From Sphagnum compactum (Eukaryota): 64,000 bases of DNA. The notes beneath the pieces are model-generated. The model was not told the origin of the DNA. It searched no databases and was given only the letters and a program-made list of their open reading frames with translations. This document shows positions 39,101 to 52,284 of the stretch, in pieces (the first letter of the stretch is position 1; each line of letters starts with the position of its first letter). Both the position numbers and the translations under genes were made by a program. The stretch spans positions 18,094,213 through 18,158,212 of the forward strand of contig OZ234493.1 of NCBI GenBank assembly GCA_965153455.1. The letters run 5' to 3'.

Positions 39101-42100
39101 CAGTTCATTTCTAAAACATCGTGGCTATTACCTGGCATCTAGACCATCACTATTTCTCTGAAAGTAGGTAATCAGAGTACTGATCAAGAAAGGTCTCATA
39201 ATTATCACATAAATCTACCCAAAATCAGTTATGCATACACCATTGAATCAAGTTTCCTCTGATACCTTCACGATTAACATATTGAAGTGACTCCACTCTT
39301 AGCAAGTTCACACCAGTGTCTTCCTAGCATATCTGTCAGAGACAGGATTCCAGACCTAGCCCAACACAAGCTTGCCCACAGGTAGTTCTTATGATTGCTG
39401 GGTATTGGCTGGCTACACCAAGCAAATACTCAGTCAGTTGACATCTAGCTCAAGACTTTGATGTGGATTGTTCGAACTTTCCACTTAGTGATTGTACATG
39501 TACCTGAGCATTAAGGCGACCATTGGTGACATCCCGTGACATGGCTGTAACAATGGACTTGGTGATGGTTTCACCCACTCCCTGCAACCCCTGCTTGAAA
39601 GCCAGTGCAAAGGATTCCGGAGCTTCTGCCAAGGCCAGTGTAGTTGCCACTGCTTGTATCTCTTCAACTCCTGGTGACTGTCTTCCAGCGAGGGTTGAAG
39701 AGTGGCATAGATTATGCACAATGTAATCAAAAAGGACCGCAAACAGATTCCACTTTGCCTCAGCTGCCCTGGCCCTTGCATACTGCACATTGCATGCACA
39801 GGATTTCAACATCAAGGTCTACATCTATTGTGCTAGCAATTCACACATGCAGAAGAATTCGTGTCATGAAAAAGAAGCTCACATTACTCATTTGGGAAGT
39901 AAGATCAATTTACGTGTCCACAATTAGACTAACTCCCTTACACTTTCCCTGGAGACATTGTCCACAGTTCAAATGTATTCCTGTGAGCCTCATGTTGCAG
40001 ATAAACAAGCAAGTACTTTGATGAAATTGTAATTACTGCCCTTCATACCCACCTCAATGCATATGCTTTCAATACCACCTAGGAGAGAGAGTTGCTCTGT
40101 ATCTAGTTTAGGTTTGCTGGAAGGGTCAATATCTGGCAATGCAGGCAGGCAGTACAAGAGGTTGCATGCCATCCGTATAATGCGGCTGTGAACTTCATCA
40201 GCCCATGCATGCACCCAGCTGACATCCAACAGTGCCTTCAACACCTGCCAGTTATTCAAGCTTTGCACATTTGAGAATGACATGGACTATTTGAGAAAAG
40301 CAATATTACAAAGCGTAACTGTGGCTGCGAAGAAAGGTCACTTTAATGCATATGAAATAAGAATGATGTGTTGTAGAGTGCCACCCCAGAGTAAAACAAC
40401 ATACCCTTATATCAAGTCCGTTCAATCTTTGCCTCTGAATGCGACCCCGATCACAGACCATGTACAAAAGGCAGCTCAGTGCAGACGCCCATACTCCTTC
40501 CTCCATTTCCTCAGACTATCATGACACCCATGCACATAGTCACACCATGTAAACAATCAGTCTTGATCCTCCTCATTTTGCTTCAGCCTCACTTCTAACC
40601 ATCCAGAAATGCCCAGATCAGAGGAGACAAGAAGCTGCCCTTCAAAGACAGGCTCCACCCTATCTGAACCAGAGACAAACCAAAATCGAGATCAAGATCC
40701 TGGCAGCTCTCTAATACCAAATTGTCAACCAGTGCATGTGGCTTTTAAGAGACCCAGAGAAACCATTACACCTGACCTCACATGGAAGATGCCTATGAGA
40801 CTGCAGAGAAAACTCCACAACATTTTGCAATGAGTGCATTCATGACCCAGGACTAAATCATCAAGATTTTCTTGAACATTATCACAGACAGAATTTCCCT
40901 AAAGATAGTTCAAGCACTTCACAAGGAATGAGGAAGAAAATTTGTACCTGAACAAGAAAGAGCAACATTTCACAAAGGATATCCAGCAACCAGACTTCAA
41001 ACTCTCCAACCCCTAGAGGTGTCCCACGTTCCGGCTTTTCAATTGATGCTTTGAGACCACCATTCTCTTCATGGACACCACTAGGATACAGCCTCCCCCT
41101 ATCACTGGATGGCAATGTTCCAATCTCAGGCAGTAACGAGAAGGAACCACCATTCGGAGGAGCTGACTGGGGGACTGATGATGCTTCCTCCCTCGAAGCC
41201 TGATCTTCACTCTGCATAGGCTCCAAAAGGTGGGCATGTACTCCTAGATTCAGCACCAAGTCAAATGCACGGACTCTTACTGCTGCCTGCTCCGAGCTTA
41301 GCATTCCCTGTTGCCAGAATTGAAAACTTGTCCACCTTAGTTTTATTTGGTCAATCTGACAACCATGGTTGTGCAAAAAAGGAATTCAAGCACAAAGGCT
41401 GCACCTTGCTGCTAATCATATTTACATCTTTTCCATTCCACACACTCTGCAGAGAAGTCTGTAAGACTGCACAATATGTATAGGCATGGCTGGCATGTGT
41501 CCATTCTAGAATTGTTCATGGCAACAAGCAATGGGCTATCAATCATATCAGTTAAAACATCATTGCAGCAATCTTAACATATGGAGTGCATGATCATCGT
41601 AAAGTCAGTTCCTGTATGCCTCTTGTTAGTACAATCCATCTCCTATCAAACCATATTCAATTAGCTTTAGAAAGCAAAAGGCCTTAAGTCATCAGAGAAC
41701 TGCCACACCTGTAATAAGGAAAGTGTGAGAGGAGCTGAAGTACAAGAGTCTGCCATGTACCTACAAATTCACCATGATTCAGTCAAACAACAGCAGTCAA
41801 GTCCTCTCCATTAGGAGCACAAAGAATTGCAAAGTGCCATCAGATTGAGTTCTATGACCCAATTTAAGTCACAATATATAACTGAGTGCAATGGTGGAAA
41901 GCTGCTCCATTAGCAGCAAGCACTCAAGGACACAAGATAAAGACGAAGAGACAATCAACCTAGAGACAAATATGAAAGGAAAGTACTTAAACCTACATAT
42001 CAATCAGAAGCTTAATAAGGACACTTGCTGCCACATCTGCTGCCTCAACAACAAGCTTTCCTGTCTGATTGCCAACTGGAAGTGTGCCTGAACTTCCAGA

Positions 42101-45100
42101 TAATGCTGCCTCTGCACACACCGCCAGCACAACTTCTTCCATCTCTGCCTCACTTAATCGCAATGGCTGCTGCTCACTGTCCCCATCTCACAAAGTATCA
42201 GATTGAAAGAGAATTGATGCACCAGAAACCAGGATCCTCATTGCACATGGCACAAAACTGCATCCTGACCTATATGTGTCCTGATATATCCTGCATTTCC
42301 AAAATTGAGCACTCAAGGTTAGCTGTTAGTGTCAGTAACAGGTGTCTATACCTATAATGTCGATACTGAAACAAAGGCCGTGCCCGCCGCCGTATTGTGC
42401 TTGCTGCTCCATCACCATCCCTATAAAATACAAGGAATTATCCATTTTCAGCCTACATATGCAGAAAGCTGTTGTAAAAAGGGAAAACCAACTCATGGAA
42501 ATTGAACAGACAAAACATATACATCTACAGTACTCACTCACAAGCATATCAGATGTTAGACGCCTGTAAGGTGGAGGGTCCAGAGAACCAGCACGTAAAG
42601 TGTGGAGGAAATACCAGCGTTGAGAAGGATGGGATTTGCGCTTGGTGGCAGCAATGGCACAGAGATGAGAGCGTGTTGTGGCATGGTCAGTTATATTTGT
42701 CATGGTTGAAGGCCGAAGTAACTGGTCCATAATGGTCCCTTCTCCATTTGCAGGCTTGAGTTTGTCACCTTGCTTTTTGGCCGAAAGATCGCTCTCTTTA
42801 AACTCCATGCCCTTGAGCATAAGAGCAGCTGCTCCTTGCTCCGCCAGACTTGGCATGCACTGCACATGTGGCCTTGCTATGCCACCACTGGCTTCCCCAG
42901 GACCCATGTCCCCAACTTCAGATGGAGAGCCAAAATGAATTCAAATACCAATACCTATTCATTATGCTCCTGTATTGGTAGCCAAGGTAGTCTCACAACA
43001 ATGACCAACAATAAATTTCAGTACCTTCATGTTTCTATTGTTCAGTAAAGATGCACTGTAACATGACAGCTGTGAACCTGGATTCTCACAACAGAAATAG
43101 AACTCTACTGACCTATCCATCATGACAGGAGACGGAGCCCATGCCAGTTGTGTCTTTCCTCCAACCCATCGCCACCTCAAAACATCAATTGCAATATACT
43201 GCTGGTCTTCATCCTCAATTTCTTCCAAGCCTGATATACCTCTTGCAACAGCTTTAGCCATTTCTCGATCTTCAGACATGCCCCATTTGAGAGCCCCCTG
43301 GCGGGGGGAGACCAAAACTGGGAGGGGCTTTGTAAGAGTTGGCACGGTGCCACCAGTGAAGCCTTGGTGAGGATACTGTGGCAGGTGCCTCTGAACAAGT
43401 GCTCGCACATAGTTCAGTGATTTGACCAGTGCAGCTGATGCCAAGGTGGATGTTGTCACATGTGGGGCATTGCTGTTAATAAACAGTGATGCAGGCTCAC
43501 TAGCAGGTCGACCCCAGGGTGTGCTCTTTTTGAAGGTATGTCCTGTACCAGCATTGCTCTCTGCAATGAGACCCACACAGAAGGCATCGATCTGCTGCAG
43601 TGTTGCAGGTCTTGGTACATATCTGTCAACAAGCCAGTTTCTCAGAAAAAATGGGATCCATAGTAGAGACAACCTCAGAATTGTAGGTAAATAGTGTGTT
43701 GTATTCTTGAATTTCAATCACCCAATTATATGATATTTTGTGCTTGGTAATTGACACTTTCTCAAACTGTAAATGAGAACCACTTCACAAGCTCTACAGA
43801 AGCTACAAGACAAAACTCCAGGAACATTGGGCATGAGACCATCACAGTGGTGTGTCAGGCTTACCTGAAGAGGTATTTCTTGAGGAGGGCAACGCACTTG
43901 GTGATGACTGGTGGACTGTTCAGAAAGAATACAACTGGGAAATCAAAAAAATGGCTGGAGAACTGAGATAAATACTCTTGAGACAACACATACAGATTTT
44001 CCCCCAGACTAGAGAAAATCCTTCTGACAAATGAGACACCTACAACTTGAAATATGAATATGCACAAACAAATCCATGAAAACATTGTCAGATACCTGCG
44101 GTCTCTCTCCGCAAGGGCATGGTCAATTAGTACACTGTATGCCGAGTCCACAGTCACTGGATTTGCAAGGTAATCCTGCCACAAGGCACAAGAGACCACA
44201 AAGCATGTGGCATTAATATCCACCAAAATAGTGCAATCATGTCATGCATTTTGAGGATATTTTGTATGTATATATATATCTCAGAATGCATGACACAATC
44301 TCAGGTCTCACCTGGAATGTTCTTCACCTGTCATTGACGCTGTACCTCAGCACTTTTCTTCTTTTGGTATATTGATACAAAATTAGGTTTTTCACTCAGA
44401 GTTCCTTGAAAACCTAGAATGCAAAACCCTTTCAAGAGTAGGCAAGTTCAATGAGCAGGTTCAAGTCATAGGTTCATAGCAATCAATTGGCAGAGAGCAA
44501 AGAGGTCCAAAAGCAAGAAGCTTCAGACAGCAGCTCAAATCCCTGAAAGACTAGAATTTGCATCTCTCTCCTTTGTTAAAAACCTGAGCCTGCAGAGCAG
44601 AATTACTGAGCCAAAGGTTGGGCATGCTTGCAATCTCTCTGATTGATTCTTTGGGCATTGAAATGAATCTCATGGATCCAATCTTGAGAATCTCACAAAG
44701 ACAAAATTAGGTTCCACTGATGCATCGTTGCTCAATCTCATGGCTTACTTGAAGGCATGAGCATCAAACTACATTGTGTATTTTCCTCATACCATATGGC
44801 ACTGAAGACCTTCTAGTATAGCTGTTCTTTGACTCAGGGAGCTAGAAAGGCTGCGATGAGAATCTGAAAGAGAGTGTAAGAGCTACAGCTTTTCTTCGGG
44901 CAGTGGCAGCGAAAACCCCAAACGTCATACCTGAATAGTGCGAACAGCTTCGGATGGGAACATGGGCGTAGATGCATGATGAGTGGCGGAAAGACAGTCT
45001 GCCACAGCTCGTCTGAGTGGCTCCGGATGCTTCCTCTGCTGCTGTCGTTGCCGTTGTGCCATCGCCAAGCGGGCGATACCAGGAGCGACCCCGGAACCAT

Positions 45101-45251
45101 CTCTCCGGATGTGATGAGGAGATCCAGCCACAGCAGCAGCAGCAGCAGCTCCCGCAGCCAAGGATGATGATGATGTGCCAACTCCTCCTCCATCTCTGCC
45201 GCTCATCGAACCCTCCTTGTCCCTTCGTTCTTCTTGCGATACGGAACGCAT
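36156..45251 (-). CDS. CLoG1: CONDITIONAL LOSS-OF-GROWTH 1-like protein (AT3G12590 family; microtubule end-tracking protein in Physcomitrium), ~1298 aa, 16 exons
   Basis: complement(join(44931..45251,44096..44175,43865..43915,43113..43622,42615..42887,42352..42420,41997..42176,41709..41760,40948..41307,40405..40515,40053..40244,39504..39782,38350..39030,37194..37714,36554..36683,36156..36242)) = 3897 nt, all GT-AG and in phase. Family motifs: PEPLRRAVADCLS, LAERDRSPPVITKCVALLKKYL, RRRARPLFQYRHYSEQQPLRL, RVRAFDLVLNLGVHAHLLEP, LLYWPLMQLA, DVRAALLLLLIGKC, AQQSNNEKLLENPFLQM. Alternative start at 45206. Confidence 0.9.
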
Positions 45252-45788
45252 TTCCTGCACCTTCACAAACCCTAATCCAACCCGTCCCCAAACAGACACT
45301 CCCCCGTCCTCTCTCTCTCTCTCTCTCTACCTGCCTCCTCCTCCTCCTCCTCCTCCTCGGTGTACTCCTTACCACTGCATCCTCATCCTCTTGAACCCCA
45401 TAACTACTTCTTTCCTTCTCATCTTCTTCTCCTCCTTCCGGAAAACTCACTGCTCTGGAGCTACCCGGAAGACTACATCTCTCTCTAGTTGGCCCAAGGA
45501 GGCAGCGATCTTGGAAAGCGCGGATTGCATTACCTCCTCTGCGTTGTTGGGTCGTCGAAACTGCACCCCAGGAGATGAAATAAAGCCTCAACTGCAAACT
45601 TCTGGATTGCACAAGTCCACTGGGAGTTCAAGGAGGGCGTCAGATGTGCCATTGCGAGAGGACAAGGATCCCAGTTTGCGCATTTCACTGCGACAATCTC
45701 CGCCGAGCGAGCTCACGACGTCCTTCTCTCCTCTTCTCTTCTTCTGCTTCTTCTTCTTCCTCCTCAGTATCTTTCCCCCTGGCAACCT

Positions 45789-46074
45789 GACCGCACGGTC
45801 GACCGCCCAGTCAATCATCCTCACCGCGCGGTCAACTCGTCTACTCTACCGCACTGTCGACCGCTCAGTTAATAATACATACCGCGCGGTCAACTTGTCT
45901 GCTCGACCGCACGGTCGACCGCCCAGACAATAATCCATATTGTACGGTCAACTCGTCTGCTCGGCCGCACGGTCTACCGCCCAACGAATAATCTCTACCG
46001 CGCGGTTAACCCGTATACTGTACCGCGCAGTCTGGATCAGAGATACTAATCAACCGTATGGCTACCGCGCGGTA
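45789..46074. repeat. 58-bp CpG-rich tandem array (~4.2 units) made of palindromes, directly upstream of CLoG1
   Basis: Units start at 45789, 45847, 45905, 45963 and 46021. Consensus gaccgcacggtcgaccgcccag.caataatcc.taccgcgcggtcaactcgtct(a/g)ctc. An extra taccgcgcggta lies at 46063. Confidence 0.9.
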
Positions 46075-47899
46075 TGGCGACTAACTGGGTCCTCCATCCA
46101 TCCATCCATCCATCCATCCACCATTTTTCAGGGATTTGTTTATACCAGGGTTTTTTTTCAATTTTGCAATATTGACAAAATGGCGATTTTTTTAAAAATA
46201 GCAAAAACAGTCAGATGCACACTAGGAAAATAAAATTCCAAAAAGCATTTCCCAAAATTTTTGTGAAAAAACCACAAAATTTGTCCCCCCTCCCCCCCCC
46301 TCCCTCTCTCCCAAAACCCAATTTTATTCAATAACTCGTGTGTGTGCTTTCAATAACACGATGTAATGTAAATTTTTGGATTGTCATGTAAGCCCGATTT
46401 ACTTAATTTAAAGCTCTTTATAGGTAATTAACTCATTGTGCAATAATGCAAAGTAAAGTTAATTTTGTGATTACTATGTAAATTTGATTTTTTTTTTAAA
46501 TTTAATGTTCTTTATTTAATAATTCATTGCGTGAGCTCTTGGCATTTATGTAATAATGTGATGTAAAACATTTTTTCAAATTGCATTCCTAGGCAACTAA
46601 GCCCTTGTCACCTGCATTTTTATAAAAGCATCTCCTTTTCCTTCTCAAAACATTGGCCCAAGTAGACAATGACGATTTTGTGACCTAAAATCAATGTCAA
46701 GAAAAACAATTTGTAAGTGCATGGATGAGCATGGATGGAAAGAAGAAACCTTAATTCTAGATGGGTGGCTGGCAAATGATGCCAAAATATAGAACAATTG
46801 TTCATCATGAGGAATTATGGATGCCGAAAGTCCAATGTCTAATGTTCCTTTCTACATTTGGGTGTTGTTTTGTTTGTTTGCAAGTTAGTATGTTTGATGT
46901 TTGTTATTCAATGGAACGGTGTTGGTGAGCTAGTTTTGGTGATAGAGTGAGCATTTAACTGCATTGTTGATGTTCTTTATGGGAATGTGAATCACAACAC
47001 TTGGTGATGGTTGATGTTGGTGTTTTGGTAGAGCGAAAGGATGATGGCAAAAGGAGGTTATAAGATGGAAGTTCTAGGGAGACAAAATGGAGGAAGATAA
47101 ATGAAAACAACCAAGTTCTACTTCCAACTTGTGATGTTGCATTTTGTCTTGGTGAAATTTGTCTTATCTTGTGAACAGTTGGGAAAAAATACTATTGAGT
47201 TTTAATACCTTGCCTTGGAATATATTTTCCCGTTGTGCTATGAACTTCAAAAAGGGGAATAAGAGGTTTAGTGTTAGAAGTCCATGACCAATTCAAGGGA
47301 AGTGATGATGGAATCTAAAAATTTCATGAACAGTAATGGTGGCAATGTTCATTTTGTTGTGAGGTTTCGGGAATTTTAAGGGTGATTGTCAGATAGTCCA
47401 TTCTTGGAAAAGAGTGTCAATGATGTCATTGAAGCTCTAGGGAAAATGGGGATCTATGGGCATTAGTGGGTTATGGAGAACAAATGTTGCAATATCCAGT
47501 CTCATGTTCTTTTTTATTCAACTTCCAATGGGAAGTATATGATGGGAATGGGGTATCAATCAGGAATTAGGTCTTTGTTGTTGAAAATGAGCTGCCACAT
47601 TCATGGCCAGTTGGCTCTTGAAAGGAAATCAGGAGTGATCTAATCCCTTGAAGTCCTTGTCCTTGTGTTGTATTTTAGAAATAATTGGATTGAAAGCTTA
47701 GCAACTAGATGTGTTGTAATTATTTTTTTATTCTTTGAATTATTTGATGTCCATCCTATTAACATGTTTTGATTCTAACGGGAAATGTATTAACCAAGTC
47801 ACCCCTACCTTTTTTGGTGACAATCTCCCTTTCAAATGACATTAACGATTCATGACTTCTCACCCACCCTAGTTTAAGCAAGTCTTCTCTCTTTGGAAC

Positions 47900-48870
47900 A
47901 ACTCATGGGTAAACAATTTCAACACTTATATATACGATTTAATTGCATGCATTGACATACTCTTTTTAGCATTCTTTTTAAGGAGACATCTAAGGTTCAT
48001 CAAGTTCGCTTCTTTTCATGATTGGGCCCAAAAGCAAAAACATGGTTCACAACTTCACAAAACATCCCCATATTTCACCTACCACTTGCAATATATTGCA
48101 CCAACAACATTTTGAATTTGACTAAGGTTTCCCCATCCATTAGTGGAAAATTTTCTTCATTGTGTGTGTGCACATTCCATTGATTGACTTGTAAACATCC
48201 ACTTGTCACAATGTGCACATGGCAATGAACATATGAAAACACATGATGTTGTGCAAGATGTCATTGCATCAACCATTGTTCGAAAATCCAATTTTCAAAT
48301 TGTATATGAACAACTTCACATGTTTACTTCATTCCACATAGTAAACTTTTCATCAACATGTCGACATGATCTTACCCAAAGACAAGGTTTGCACCTTAGC
48401 AGACATTGTCAATGCACACATGCTGACCTTCTACTTCAAACAACTCCAAGATTAACAGCTTCAAAAGCAACCAAATAAAAGAAAGGAACTACAAATATCA
48501 ACACCCAAGAAACTAATTCTTGCCCTCGGCAATACAAGTTTTGATCATTTACACAAACAAATTGATAGTTTTTTACAAATTTGTGCCAACAACATGTGGG
48601 GGATGAAAGGTCTAAAAAGTCAACCTTTTTTTATAACAAGTTTGTGCCAACAGCATATGGGGGATGAAAGATATAAAAGGCCCACCCCTTTTGGTTCCAA
48701 CAACCTTCTTTAAACAATGAATTTCAATTACATTACAAAAAATGCAAGTCATTTCCATCTTAAACTATGTTGCACTAATGGGGTTGGCCACATCTCATCT
48801 CCCACCACTCATTGATCCCCCACCCATCCCCACATCCAACTTACTAATAGCCATTGGTATCTAAATAATA
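47900..48870 (+). pseudogene. Second CRE-like non-LTR retrotransposon 3' fragment (CCHC plus RLE)
   Basis: CVCAHSID...IHLSQCAHGNEHMKTHDVVQDVIAS (~48162-48270), KDKVCTLADIV (~48378) and KERNYKYQHPRN*FLPSAIQV (~48478). Same motif order as the 26.6-kb relic but highly diverged from it. Confidence 0.7.
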
Positions 48871-49174
48871 ATGGTTCATTTATGTTTAAACTAGTTAAGA
48901 TAGTTTTTTTTTAAAAAAATTTGGTTCGTGCCTTACATTTTTGTCCAGTTTCCCTTGTTTTATTGTTTTTTCATAATAAAGTTGGGCAAGTCTACATCAA
49001 TTTATTCCTTTGACATATGTATTTTTATAATTATTAATTGATTGTATGTGCTTTTAAAGTTGTGTAAGAATGCGAAGTAAAATAAATTTTGTGATTATTA
49101 TACAAGCCCATTTTCCTTTTCTTAATGATAAATGAAATGGGCTAGTGATTTTGTTCATGATAACACAAGTAGAG

Positions 49175-49368
49175 TAATAACTTGGCCATTTCAACACATG
49201 TCTATCAAATAATTAATTAATTTTGAAATTTTCATTTTAACAAATGAAATATTCCTAAATATTCAATATTTTCCTTCACAATATTTTTTAGATTTGAAGA
49301 AATAATTTTTGAAATTTTCAACATTTTCTGAAAATAATATAATTAATGTCGAACTAGCCAAGGTATTA
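49175..49368. mobile_element. MITE, direct copy of the 22223 family
   Basis: taataacttggccatttcaacac...tgtcgaactagccaaggtatta; the interior aligns with 22223-22422. Confidence 0.85.
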
Positions 49369-51310
49369 AAATATTGAACATCCCACACTTTGCATTATGT
49401 GTGGTTTTAGGGTTGTGTGATAATGTGAAAGAAAATAAAAATTTGCAATTGCTATGTAAAACTAATTTATTATTTATTCATAAGGAATGAAGTGAGTTAA
49501 TGACTTTCTTTGTGAAAGCATGAGGACCAAACATCTTAAGTTTTGCAAAATAAAGCAGGGAATTTGTACTTTGATCATGAACATCTATGTGTTTCACATG
49601 ATATGATTGACAACTTCTTACTTTTGAACAAGGAATAAGTTAAGGGAAGATGGGAAGAATAAAATGTAACTTGGTGTTGGATGCATTTCATTCATAAACA
49701 AATGCAAACACCAAATTGCACAATTGGCATGTGAATTTTGAACCTTGGTTAATTCAAGTAGACCTAAAAAGACCTATGCATTATGCCTTGAAAAGAATTA
49801 GAAAGGCAAAACATACCATATGAATATCATTATCTATCTATTAAGGAAGGTAATTTGGTGGCTCCATTCCAAACTTGGGAGACGCGCATTGTGGGACTCC
49901 TTCATGCCTTTGGAATGGGTATAAGGTATGGAGAATGGAGGTAGGTTGAATGGATAAACATTCCACTTAATTATGTGACTTGATTGAAAACTTGTGGGGC
50001 ATAAGTTCATTCTAATTCTATGAAGTGTTAGTTTGGATATCTTCCTTTTCCTAAAACTATAAATGATGTTTTTCTCGTGTTACAATTTTAAAACATTTTT
50101 TTGTGGCACAATTGTTTGTTTGTTGGCTTTGTCCTACAAAGGCATTGTGGGAACACCTTTTCAGCAGGTATAGAGGTTAGAGAATTATAAGTTGGATAAG
50201 GTTATAAGTTTGTGTGTAAGTTTTTTAAAAAAGTTGTGGGGGTATAGTGGGGTTTATAGGTGGAAATTTAGGCAAAGCACAGGGGTTAAGGTATTTAAAT
50301 TTTTTTCTTTTCTCACAGGTTTGTTTTTGACTATGGGGTTTCAATGGGTATAAGAAGTGGATAATTCAATTAGATTGAAAGAATTACAAGTTGTAAGTGA
50401 AAAGGGGACAAGGGGTTAGGAATTTATTTTTCTTTTCCAAAGGGGTTTTTTTTTGGTGAGGAGGGGAAAACAAGGGTAATTCCACCCCTTTCCAAAGGAG
50501 TTTTTTGGGTGGGATTGGGAGAGGTGACTATTTTTGGGGGATGGGGGCTATCCCAAGGGTTGTTTCTTGGGTGGCATGGGAGGGAGAAGTTGGGTTGTTT
50601 TTCAAGGTAGGAAGGTTTAGGGTTTTTTTTGTTTTCCAAGGAATTATTTCTTTGGTGGTATGAGATGGTCTGGTTGGAGAAAAAGGTTGGGTATATTCTT
50701 TTTTAATCCTTTTTTCTTTCATAATATCATGACTTAATGAAGATTTTTTCTCAATAAGATATTTTATACAAGTCAATATCATTTTTTTGGACAAGAAATT
50801 AATTTCGAAATTTTAACAAAAATAGCAAACAATATTTTATTTAGAATCAAACATTTAATACATCTAACTAAAAAATGAAAAAATAATTTTTGATTTTTTT
50901 GTGTGACTAAATTATTTAAGTACGTGGTAAAAAATTTGATGCTTAGTAATATATATAGATATATATATAGTGAAAATGAAAATAATGGTTAGATAGTGGA
51001 AATTTTTTTAAGTTTTATATGTTATCTTTGAAATTTGGATTAAGATATTTAAGGTTTAGGGTTTACATTAGGTTTTTTGTCCCATATAAATATAACATTG
51101 TATGTTTGTTGTCTTTTTTTTCCATAGCATGAATAATGTGTTTGGTTTAAGCTTTCATCATTTGTTGACTGGTTTTTTTTTACTTATTTTACAGGTGTGT
51201 GTTTCTGCAGATGTATGTTTCGCCAAATGTGTGTTTATGCAACTATTAATTTTGCTTCATTTTTCTATTGTTAAATTCATTTAGGTTTTTTTTATTTTTT
51301 ATTTTGCACA

Positions 51311-52050
51311 ATGGATATTGTTATAATGGCAAAAATTAGATTAGTTATTGCAATGGACGATTTGGATTTTGGAATTAAAGATGTTACATTTGAAGGAAAG
51401 GTGTTTAATAGGTATGGCACTTTTAATCAAATGCAAATAAGAGCATGGAAGATCTAGGCTATGCATATTTGCATTATGATTTGTTGGACATAGCAACTTT
51501 GACCACAATCACTTTGAGGGTGAAATCACTTCATATAAAAATGCATGAACATCATTTGCAAAAAAACATGTTTGTGAGAGTGAATTTTTTTGACATTGAG
51601 TCAAAGTTCAAAAAGGGTTTTGAGAAAGGTGACATGCATGTTATCATTACAATTGAATCAACAACCATTGTGTCATCAATTTTTCCATTTCAGCCCAAAT
51701 TAATTCTCGTGTTTTTTCACATGGATTCCACTAGAGAATTCATAAATTATATTCAAAATTGGAGGTTTCCTACCATTGTTGTCATTTTCATTGATGTAAA
51801 AGGAGCATGGGATTGTAGACAATTGTTGACTGTAGATGGAGATGGTGAATTTGACCAAAACATTCTCACTTTTAATAACAATTTTGAACAAAATATGAAC
51901 AATTTCTTGAGGCGTAGAATGGTGGCCAATGTGTTGTGGTTTTATTCAAGAACGTGACAACAACATCAAAAGGATACTGATATTTGAAGGCACAACATTA
52001 CATAATTTTAACACATTTTGATGAAACTACTTGAAATCACTTTCTTCTAT
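51311..52050 (+). pseudogene. OB-fold / RPA1-like ssDNA-binding gene relic within the Helitron
   Basis: MDIVIMAKIRLVIAMDDLDFGIKDVTFEGKVFNRY..., frameshifting into ORF 51445-51957 (YLHYDLLDIATLTTITLRV...HLQKNMFVRVNFFDIESK...ITIESTTIVS). This beta-strand pattern resembles RPA70-type OB folds; recognised by eye only. Confidence 0.5.
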
Positions 52051-52284
52051 AACATAGTAAATTATCAAGTGTTCAACTTACATTGAAAGAGGTAAATTCC
52101 TTTCTTATCATTTGCATAATTCAATGTTTTTCTCAAACTTACACAAAGAAATCAAACATAACCAAATTTCATCTCATGACCACATGTATTAAAAAATAAT
52201 AATGAAAAAAATAATAATGTAATGAAAATTTAATTTTTGAATGCCAACAAAAATCGGTTAGTTTTTTTTTTTCCATTAGGATAA

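Noticed and set aside
5076-45251. TRM and CLoG1 (both microtubule-associated) as a functional gene cluster
   Set aside because: They are ~25 kb apart, separated by SmE and TE debris, with no shared regulatory feature visible. Conserved synteny would be needed to support the idea.
44842-45933. Long overlapping ORFs 44842..45612 (-) and 45175..45933 (+)
   Set aside because: They are low-complexity readings of GC-rich CLoG1 exon 1, its leader microsatellites and the 58-bp array; no recognisable domains.
45789-46074. Palindromic repeats as CRISPR or integron attC-like sites
   Set aside because: The sequences between palindromes are themselves repeated with a 58-bp period, and there is no associated enzyme gene.
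46800-47640. Possible minus-strand LINE reverse-transcriptase debris
   Set aside because: Only faint hints; I could not read a diagnostic motif.
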